Source: an uncultured Candidatus Saccharibacteria bacterium
GTDB lineage: Bacteria > Patescibacteriota > Saccharimonadia > QS-5-54-17
Assembly: GCA_964638825.1 (NCBI GenBank)
Contig: CAZXAD010000002.1
Span: 1-38,579 of the forward strand
Reading direction: 5' to 3'
Length of the DNA stretch: 38,579 nucleotides
Under the pieces are notes generated by a model. The model saw only the letters and a program-made list of their open reading frames with translations, had not been told where the DNA came from and ran no database searches. The translations under genes and the position numbers were made by a program. Positions 32,567 through 38,579 of this stretch are shown one piece after another; position 1 is the first letter of the stretch; each line of letters opens with the position of its first letter.

Positions 32567-32760
32567 GTAAGGACGTGCTATAGCGTCCTTCGTACCTCCC
32601 ATTACTATAGTGCCATTGCCCGGTATTTTTTTCTACCCTCCAGCGATAGACCGGGCAATGCTTGTCCCTTCAATCCGGGTATCCGTGTCGCATTACCCGT
32701 ATTGAAGGGAGATATAAGGCCACAAGTCTTCCCCACCCACTTGTGGCCTTATTTCGTTTT
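32567..32760. ncRNA. Candidate structured RNA / multi-hairpin element (four consecutive hairpins); orientation unresolved
   Basis: Stems: 32569-32590 (7 bp), 32614-32660 (10 bp), 32666-32709 (9+6 bp) and 32716-32750 (12 bp). On the + strand there is TTGACA-N17(TGT)-TAAAAA at 32532-32560 and a U-rich tail after the last stem. On the - strand the first stem is followed by TTTTTCTTTTT. Confidence 0.35.
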
Positions 32761-32794
32761 AAACTTTGTTAGTACTATTAATGTGGACAGGATT

Positions 32795-33364
32795 TTATTC
32801 GTCAAAATCAAGCTTATACGTATCAGTTTCCAGTTTATTCCGTATAAAAGCTTCCATATATTGAACGCTTGCTTTCAGAATTTCGGGAATTTTTTCTTCT
32901 TCCTCTCGACTAAAGCGGCTTAGAACAAACTTCTCCGAAGGATTCCGAGACAGGTTTTCATTCGCTACACCAATTCGTAAACGGTAAAATTTATTTCCGC
33001 AGTGAGAAATAACGGACTTAATACCATTATGTCCGGCGCTTTCCCCTTCTTGCCGGGTGCGAATGGTGCCGAACGGGAGCGCAAGCTCATCGTAGACGAT
33101 GAGTGTATCGCGCGGGTCAACGGCAAAAAAACGTTGCGCAGCCGCAACGGCTTCTCCGCTGCGATTCATCATCGTCTGGGGTTTGAGTAAGAGTACTGGT
33201 TCCTCTTTTTGATTAAACCGTGCTACGTGTGCATGGCATTTTTTTTGCACTGAAAAAGTAGTTTCTACCTGTGTGGCCATATGGTCTACCGCCATAAATC
33301 CAATATTATGGCGGGTATCGTGGTATTTTTTGCCGGGATTACCTAGTCCAACGATAAGTTTCAC
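32795..33364 (-). CDS. pth: Peptidyl-tRNA hydrolase
   Basis: 189 aa starting (M)KLIVGLGNPGKKYHDTRHNIGF, with GHNG. GTG start 6 nt after GGAGA. Confidence 0.95.
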   Translation of the reverse strand: MKLIVGLGNPGKKYHDTRHNIGFMAVDHMATQVETTFSVQKKCHAHVARFNQKEEPVLLLKPQTMMNRSGEAVAAAQRFFAVDPRDTLIVYDELALPFGTIRTRQEGESAGHNGIKSVISHCGNKFYRLRIGVANENLSRNPSEKFVLSRFSREEEEKIPEILKASVQYMEAFIRNKLETDTYKLDFDE

Positions 33365-33409
33365 AATCGTTCTCCGGATTTTGAAAGGCGAAAAGATCCC
33401 ATATGGGTT

Positions 33410-33418
33410 ATTGTAGCA
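33410..33418 (-). promoter_or_regulatory. Extended -10 element TGC-TACAAT upstream of pth
   Basis: Read on the - strand. It is followed by a leader of roughly 40 nt (start site inferred) ending in GGAGA-N6-GTG. Confidence 0.45.
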
Positions 33419-33472
33419 AGCAATAATAACGATTTCCTTGTAATTCTTTTTATAGATCCGTTTTGCACGGAG

Positions 33473-34825
33473 CTAGAGAGTTTCATTTCTTTTACCCTTT
33501 ACTTTCTTCTTACCTTCTTCAGTGTCTTTTTCGCGCCATTGCAGCCGAATCGGTGTTCCGTTGAAATCAAATTCTTCCCGGAGGCGGGTTTCAAGGTAGC
33601 GCTTATATGACCAATGCAGGTACGGAGTATGGCGGCCGAATACGGCAAACGTGGGCGGCGATGTGTCGGTCTGCGTCATATATTTCAGTTTCGGATGTTT
33701 GTTTTTCAATCCGGCCGGCGGATGTTCGGTCGTTGCCGTTTGGAGGAACTCATTCAGGTGTTTCGTTTGTATGGTTCGCTGGTGGTTTGTCCTCGTTTGA
33801 TCTGCCAGCGGCAATAATTTATCAACGTTGTGTTTTTGCGGCGCGGCCGTCAATAAAAGCGGCGCCCACCACACAAACTGAAAGGAAGCAGCCAGCATAT
33901 TTTCCAGTTGGTTCCGTGCCTGGTCAGTGCGTTCGGTTTGGTCCCACTTATTAACTACGATAATCATTCCCTTCCCTGCTTCTTTGATCATGCCGGCGAT
34001 TCTTTGGTCCTGGGCGGTTACCAGTTCAGTCGCGTCGAGCACGAGTGCGCACACATCACTTGCATTTATGACATTCATCGCTCGTAAATTACCGAACCGC
34101 TCTATATGCGTGTCCGCTTTAGTTTTTCGGCGCAATCCAGCAGTATCAGCAACTTGCCAGGTGTGCTCTTTATAGGGAATCTGTATTTCGGTTACATCCC
34201 TGGTAGTTCCGGGACGTGAGGATATAATCGCCCGTTCGTGGCCCGCCAAAGCGTTCAGTATGCTCGATTTGCCTACGTTGGGCCGACCGAGCAAGGACAG
34301 AACTGGCATAGACGGTACTTCTTCAGACGGGAAGTCTTCCTTGGCTGCTTCAGTGATAGCATCCATTAAATCCCCTGAGCCGGTTCCATGGATAGCGGAA
34401 ACAGGAATCTGTGGCTCTGGTAATTTTTCCCGTTCGATCGGTTGTTTGGCCCGGTCGGCTTTATTGATTGCGGTTATAACGGGTTTTTTGCTTTTCTGAG
34501 CTTGCTTTATTGCAGATGCGTCCTCGTCGCTTATAATAGTGCTCCCGTCAACGACCACCACGATAATATCTGCTTGGTCTCGGGCAATTTCTACCTGGTT
34601 TTGCACGGATTGGGCGAATTCCGTTTTATCCGCTTCCATTCCCGCGGTATCGACCAGCCAGAATTGCTTGCCTTGCCACTCCACGATCGCTTCCACACGG
34701 TCTCTCGTGGTCCCGGGCGCGTCGTGTACGATGGCCTTTCGTTCGCCGAGCAAACGATTGAACAGACTGGACTTCCCCGCGTTCGGCCGGCCAATAATGG
34801 TTACGATAGGAAGTTTTTGGCTCAT
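33473..34825 (-). CDS. der: Ribosome-associated GTPase Der (EngA), double GTPase domains + KH-like domain
   Basis: 450 aa with two G1 motifs (GRPNAGKSS and GRPNVGKSS), two DTAG motifs and NK.D motifs. Confidence 0.95.
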   Translation of the reverse strand: MSQKLPIVTIIGRPNAGKSSLFNRLLGERKAIVHDAPGTTRDRVEAIVEWQGKQFWLVDTAGMEADKTEFAQSVQNQVEIARDQADIIVVVVDGSTIISDEDASAIKQAQKSKKPVITAINKADRAKQPIEREKLPEPQIPVSAIHGTGSGDLMDAITEAAKEDFPSEEVPSMPVLSLLGRPNVGKSSILNALAGHERAIISSRPGTTRDVTEIQIPYKEHTWQVADTAGLRRKTKADTHIERFGNLRAMNVINASDVCALVLDATELVTAQDQRIAGMIKEAGKGMIIVVNKWDQTERTDQARNQLENMLAASFQFVWWAPLLLTAAPQKHNVDKLLPLADQTRTNHQRTIQTKHLNEFLQTATTEHPPAGLKNKHPKLKYMTQTDTSPPTFAVFGRHTPYLHWSYKRYLETRLREEFDFNGTPIRLQWREKDTEEGKKKVKGKRNETL

Positions 34826-34900
34826 ACTCCCTAGTTTATCAGCTAAAACATATTTATGATTATTTGTTGATATAAATAAGTTTTAATCAAAACGGGATAA

Positions 34901-35584
34901 TTATAGGTTCGTTATATCCTTGTATTCCCCTTCTTTCAAGGTAGAAAGTGAGTACTCTCCGAACTCAGTACGCAACAAATCGGTCACTTCGTATCCGAGA
35001 ACCTCGAACGTACGCCGTATCTGACGGTTCCGTCCCTCGCGCATAACAATGCGCCATACGCGATTCCTAATTTCTAATTTCGAATTTCTAATTTCTGTAA
35101 GTTTGAAGCGACTGGTATATTCGTTATCAATATTTACGCCGGCTTCGATGTGCTGTTTATCGTTTAAAGTTAACGGTTGATCAAGCTTAGCTTCGTAAAC
35201 TTTAATCTTTCGATGTTTCGGGTGTGTTAACTCATGGGCAAGCGCCCCGTCGTTGGTTAAAAGCAACAATCCCCGGCTATCTTTGTCCAGGCGCCCGACT
35301 GGCTTTAAATGGTGCACGTCTTCAGGTAACAATGAATAAATCGTCGGAGTATTTCCTTGGGGTTGACGGCTGACAACATACCCGGCCGGTTTGTTAAATA
35401 AAATGGTGGTTTTCGGTGCAAGGTTTATATTCTCGCCGTCTATTTGCACGGTATCGGAAGGATTTACATATTGACCGACTTGCGCGGGCTTCCTATTTAC
35501 ATATACTTTTCCGTTTTTAATGTATTCGTCGGCGGCGCGACGTGATACTCCTGTAGCGCGTGCTATGTACTGGTTTATGCGCAC
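34901..35584 (-). CDS. rRNA pseudouridine synthase, RsuA/RluB family (S4 domain + catalytic domain)
   Basis: 227 aa with an S4 N-terminus (RINQYIARATGVSRRAADEYI), catalytic GRLDKDSRGLLLLTNDG and EGRNRQIRR. GTG start 3 nt after the receiver stop. Confidence 0.9.
   Translation of the reverse strand: MRINQYIARATGVSRRAADEYIKNGKVYVNRKPAQVGQYVNPSDTVQIDGENINLAPKTTILFNKPAGYVVSRQPQGNTPTIYSLLPEDVHHLKPVGRLDKDSRGLLLLTNDGALAHELTHPKHRKIKVYEAKLDQPLTLNDKQHIEAGVNIDNEYTSRFKLTEIRNSKLEIRNRVWRIVMREGRNRQIRRTFEVLGYEVTDLLRTEFGEYSLSTLKEGEYKDITNL
35064..35098. repeat. Five tandem heptamers inside the pseudouridine synthase CDS (TTCCTAA TTTCTAA TTTCGAA TTTCTAA TTTCTGT)
   Basis: Read directly. On the coding strand it is GAAATTA-type, close to the intergenic AGAAATTCGGAAT word. 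It encodes the 7-aa periodic EIRNSKL/EIRNRVW. Confidence 0.75.
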
Positions 35585-35587
35585 TGT

Positions 35588-36298
35588 CTATGAAGAATTT
35601 TGCTGGTTGTCGGGCGAATTCTGTTGCATCTGTGTGTCGATATCATTGATTTCATCAGCCGCTTGATTCGGTTGTTTTGATTTCGATTGTGGCTGAGTGC
35701 TGGCATTCGAAGCTTGTTCGTTCGAATCATCAGAATTTGTATTATCCGAATCATCGTCTGTAGTCGCTTGCGACGAATCGGTAGGATTCTGTTTTGAATT
35801 TTGTGCAGTTTGCTGTTCTGGCTGCTCATTTGTTTGTGCTGGCCGTTGTTGTGAGCTACCCGAGTTTTGCGACCCTTCATCCGGTAAACGTCCCTCCGAA
35901 GTCGTTACGATTGATTGCGTTGACTCGTCAGTGTCTTCCACCATTTCTTTCACTGTTTCGACTACATCTTCAAGAGTGATTTGTGATTTAACCAAATATT
36001 TATCCACCCCCAATTTTTCTCCTCGTTCTTGATCGGACTGCTGGCTTAGGGCCGACAACATAACAACTTTCGTATTTTCCGTTTCAGGAGTGGAACGAAG
36101 AATATCCAGTACGTCGAATCCGCTAATTTTCGGCATCATGATATCAAGCAGGATAAGAGTCGGGTTTTCAGAAACTGCTTTCGATAATGCTTCTTCTCCA
36201 TCTGAAGCGAGTACGAGTTCGTGTCCTTCAGCACTCAGCCGGGCAGCATATATTTCTCGGAGATTGATATCGTCTTCTACCAGTAATACTTTAGCCAT
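35588..36298 (-). CDS. Response-regulator receiver domain with a roughly 110-aa low-complexity S/Q/D/N-rich tail (no recognisable output domain)
   Basis: 236 aa with LLVEDD, LILLDIMMP and KYLVKSQ, followed by ..SQNSGSSQQRPAQTNEQPEQQTAQNSKQNPTDSSQATTDDDSDNTNSDDSNEQ... Confidence 0.85.
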   Translation of the reverse strand: MAKVLLVEDDINLREIYAARLSAEGHELVLASDGEEALSKAVSENPTLILLDIMMPKISGFDVLDILRSTPETENTKVVMLSALSQQSDQERGEKLGVDKYLVKSQITLEDVVETVKEMVEDTDESTQSIVTTSEGRLPDEGSQNSGSSQQRPAQTNEQPEQQTAQNSKQNPTDSSQATTDDDSDNTNSDDSNEQASNASTQPQSKSKQPNQAADEINDIDTQMQQNSPDNQQNSS

Positions 36299-36309
36299 TT
36301 TTCCTCATT

Positions 36310-38082
36310 CTACGTATTCGTTGTGCCTGGTTCAACTGTTTCTCCCGCTTGATTGGTTGCTTTTCCTTGTGAACTTTGTACATTATTTTGCTGTGCTTCG
36401 ATTTTATCACGTAATTCTTGTGCTTGCGAATAGGTAAGCCGCGGAAGACTGAAATAAAAACTACTTCCTTTTCCTTCTTCGCTTTCAACCCATATTTTTC
36501 CATTATACATCTCGATAATCGTACGACTAAGATATAGTCCCAGTCCAGTTCCTCCTATTTCCCGGGTTTCAGTGTTATCGACGCGATAAAATTTTTGAAA
36601 TAAGTGATCCACCTCATCTTCGGGGATACCAATACCCTGGTCATGTATACCAATAGTAACTTCCTTATCGTCGCCATTTATGCTGATATTCACTTCTCCT
36701 TCCGGAGTAAACTTAATAGCGTTATCAACTAAGTTAATAAATACTTCTCGTATCCGTTCGGGGTCGGCGTTTACATAAAATAGCGGCATAATCCCGTTCT
36801 GGCCGGTCGCGATGCCGCTATGGGATTTTAGTTTGAGTTTCAGATTTTTCTGCTCCGCCTTGAATTGCAATTCGTCTATTGCAGTTTTAACTACCTTGCC
36901 GAGCTCAAACGGTTCTGGTTGACTGCTTAGTTTATTATCCTCAAGCTTAGTGATAGAAAGTAAATCCTTGAACAGTTTTCCGAGGTGCTGCGTGGATTCA
37001 TGTGCTTTCTGAATGTACTTTTTAGCATTTTCATCCACGGTGGAAACTTGCGGATTCATGGCAAGCGATAAAAAACCCTCAATAGCGGCAACTGGGGTAC
37101 GCATTTCGTGTGAGGCAGTAGATATAAATTCATTTTGTTCCCGCTCTGCCCGTTTTTCCTGGCTGATATCGCTAAACACCGCAATAGTACCTGTTACGGT
37201 ATCAGCACTGGCGAATATGGGTGCCACCGTCAGCGATAAATGCAGCTTTTTTTGCTGGCGGTTCAGGAGGACGATGTCTTTACGGCGGACGCTTTGCTTC
37301 GTGGTAATTACCTGATGGAATGGATCCTCACCTCCTTTCAATTCATTACCTTCCTCGTCTTCTAATGGCATAACTTGCGTGTAATCGATTCCAGTAGCTT
37401 CGTTCTCATCCCAGCCGGTTATGGCGGCGGCCGGCGGGTTGAATAGCTGTATTTCGCCTGACAGGTCGGTTACGAGCACCCCGTCCCCGATGCTTTTCAG
37501 CAGTATTTCTGATTTAAGTTGCTCAATTTCCAGCTTTTCTTCTAGTTCGCCTGCTCTGTTATCGGGTTTTTCTTCCACCGGATGATTCCGCCATAGCCAT
37601 AACCCGAGTGTTCCGGCTGCCAAGGCCGCGATGGCGTATACCGCATTGTCCAATATGAAACTGGCCGGCGAATCAGTTCGTACAGCGGCGATTACCAGAT
37701 AAAGTGCGGTAACGGCAACATAACCGACGACGACATACCTGCTCAACGCAGCCGATACGAGAATGATTAATAACCAGAAAACGAAATATGGTGAAAGAAA
37801 TCCGCCCGTAACGAGTAAGAGTATGACGATATTGATGCTGAAAAATATGAGATCAACCAGAGTGGCGATAATCGCATGGCGTTTTGCCACGAACCATCGC
37901 AATAAAAAGAAATATACGCCATGCAATCCCGCTATGATGAGATTGAGCGGTGATGTTCCGAGCAATTCTCCCGGGCCGAGCAATTCTCCGTAAAGGAGTG
38001 TAGCGTACAGGAGTACGATAGCGAAACTACCGCCAAGGAGTGCGATTTGTAAATGGCGGTACTGAGTGTTTAAAGGCGTCAC
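36310..38082 (-). CDS. Membrane histidine kinase (multi-TM N-terminus, PAS, HisKA, HATPase_c)
   Basis: H-box STASHEMRTPVAAI, N-box LVDNAIKFTP and G-boxes DQGIGIP / GGTGLGL. The ORF extends at most to GTG 38214, but 38083-38214 is heptamer-repeat DNA with a TATACT box, so GTG 38082 is preferred. Confidence 0.85.
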   Translation of the reverse strand: MTPLNTQYRHLQIALLGGSFAIVLLYATLLYGELLGPGELLGTSPLNLIIAGLHGVYFFLLRWFVAKRHAIIATLVDLIFFSINIVILLLVTGGFLSPYFVFWLLIILVSAALSRYVVVGYVAVTALYLVIAAVRTDSPASFILDNAVYAIAALAAGTLGLWLWRNHPVEEKPDNRAGELEEKLEIEQLKSEILLKSIGDGVLVTDLSGEIQLFNPPAAAITGWDENEATGIDYTQVMPLEDEEGNELKGGEDPFHQVITTKQSVRRKDIVLLNRQQKKLHLSLTVAPIFASADTVTGTIAVFSDISQEKRAEREQNEFISTASHEMRTPVAAIEGFLSLAMNPQVSTVDENAKKYIQKAHESTQHLGKLFKDLLSITKLEDNKLSSQPEPFELGKVVKTAIDELQFKAEQKNLKLKLKSHSGIATGQNGIMPLFYVNADPERIREVFINLVDNAIKFTPEGEVNISINGDDKEVTIGIHDQGIGIPEDEVDHLFQKFYRVDNTETREIGGTGLGLYLSRTIIEMYNGKIWVESEEGKGSSFYFSLPRLTYSQAQELRDKIEAQQNNVQSSQGKATNQAGETVEPGTTNT

Positions 38083-38110
38083 AATAAATCTTATGGTTAG
38101 CTTACACTTC

Positions 38111-38180
38111 AGTATAAAGTATAACGGGTAAAGTATTAAGAGCAGAAAACAGAAGCAGAGTGAAATCCTAAATACTAATC
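38111..38180. repeat. Heptamer array (AGTATAA AGTATAA CGGGTAA AGTATTA AGAGCAG AAAACAG AAGCAGA GTGAAAT CCTAAAT ACTAATC)
   Basis: 7-nt register read directly. AGTATAA is the reverse complement of the TTATACT word found at 38307-38320 and 12404-12437. Confidence 0.7.
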
Positions 38181-38292
38181 CGCCAGCCGGCGGACGAAAT
38201 ACTAAACAAGCCACAATATCTAATATTCAAAATTCTAAACCGTTTAGGTTATTGGGAATTTAAATTTTAGAAATTGTACGATAATCCTGGTC

Positions 38293-38334
38293 TTTCATAC
38301 TCAACACTTTATACTTTATACTAAATACTGCCTT
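38293..38334. repeat. Heptamer array (TTTCATA CTCAACA CTTTATA CTTTATA CTAAATA CTGCCTT) ending 3 nt before the tRNA
   Basis: Read directly. It contains TATACT -10-like boxes upstream of tRNA-Glu. Confidence 0.75.
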
Positions 38335-38337
38335 TGA

Positions 38338-38415
38338 GGCCCCGTCGTCTAGCCTGGTCCAGGACGCCAGGTTCTCATCCTGGTAACGCGGGTTCGAATC
38401 CCGCCGGGGTCACCA
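38338..38415 (+). tRNA. tRNA-Glu (anticodon CUC), CCA encoded
   Basis: Acceptor stem GGCCCCG/CGGGGTC, 3-bp D stem typical of tRNA-Glu, anticodon stem CCAGG/CCTGG with loop TTCTCAT, T arm GCGGG-TTCGAAT-CCCGC, discriminator A, then CCA. Confidence 0.93.
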
Positions 38416-38428
38416 GGTGATTACATAT

Positions 38429-38579
38429 TTAGTAGTCAACTTGGTATCCAATATCCCCGTCAAAAAATCTGGAACGTTCGAATAGATTACTGCTCGATAT
38501 TTCATAGGCGCGTTGAGTAATTTTACCCAGAAATTCATAAAATTCAGCGGCACGTTTCAAATCATCCATGTATATTTTA
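38429..38579 (-). CDS. 3' end of a CDS (or a small ORF) open to the right window edge; product unknown
   Basis: The frame is open from the edge (..KIYMDDLKRAAEFYEFLGKITQRAYEISSSNLFERSRFFDGDIGYQVDY*) to TAA at 38431-38429. It is too short for a family call. Confidence 0.3.
   Translation of the reverse strand, partial: KIYMDDLKRAAEFYEFLGKITQRAYEISSSNLFERSRFFDGDIGYQVDY

Noticed and set aside
32658-32705. 15-codon ORF (MLVPSIRVSVSHYPY) inside the four-hairpin block.
   Set aside because: It has no Shine-Dalgarno or -10 box in front of it. It spans hairpin arms, so structure explains the region better than coding does.
1-38579. Alternative genetic code (UGA recoding, as in some CPR lineages).
   Set aside because: Conserved genes end at TGA where the family length predicts (for example mraY ..GGQL-TGA at 21676-21678). 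No conserved gene is interrupted by an in-frame TGA.
1-38579. Mobile genetic element, prophage or defence island.
   Set aside because: No integrase, transposase, relaxase, reverse transcriptase, phage structural, restriction-modification or toxin-antitoxin signatures were seen. The single tRNA is not followed by an integrase within the window.

Overview
This is a 38.6-kb, gene-dense bacterial chromosomal segment. ORFs are intact under the standard code, with TGA, TAA and TAG all used as stops. I saw no rRNA, CRISPR array, transposase, integrase or reverse transcriptase. From the left, mostly on the + strand: pyrG, a stand-alone receiver, rpmA plus an RNA-methylase-like gene (both -), a flippase-like membrane protein, xseA-xseB, a small methyltransferase, an ABC exporter, a membrane-anchored unknown, a minimal histidine kinase/receiver pair, recO, a small acidic ORF, glyQS, two unknowns and a PQQ-type sugar dehydrogenase (-). 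A pruned dcw cluster follows: mraZ-rsmH-ftsL-ftsI-mraY-ftsW-murG-ftsQ. A 0.7-kb ORF-free, repeat-rich gap (24664-25367) comes next. Beyond it every gene is on the - strand: a VirD4/TraG-like membrane ATPase, a sigma-70-region-4/HARE-HTH protein, topA, dprA, pth, der, an RsuA/RluB-type pseudouridine synthase, and a receiver with a long low-complexity tail plus its PAS histidine kinase. A tRNA-Glu(CUC) lies on the + strand near the right edge. The gene content and protein architectures suggest a small-genome Patescibacteria/CPR (Saccharibacteria-like) organism, but this is inference only. Five things seem most worth a second look. (1) Intergenic DNA is built from period-7 arrays of a small heptamer vocabulary (GGGTAGA, GGGTTAA, GCGTAAA and others). 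The arrays occur in both orientations, often as inverted pairs, and one array sits inside a CDS. (2) The sigma-r4/HARE-HTH plus T4CP-like ATPase operon is driven by a perfect consensus promoter and sits next to topA-dprA with no other T4SS genes. (3) The 0.7-kb convergent gap is where gene orientation flips; it contains iteron-like repeats, a 32-nt A/T block, an exact CRP-type palindrome and a dif-like ATAA-N6-TTAT core. (4) A block of four hairpins lies between pth and dprA, with terminator-like ends facing both ways. (5) Start codons recurrently lie 6-8 nt after an (extended) -10 box, which implies leaderless mRNAs. All homology calls rest on motifs read by eye; no database search was run.
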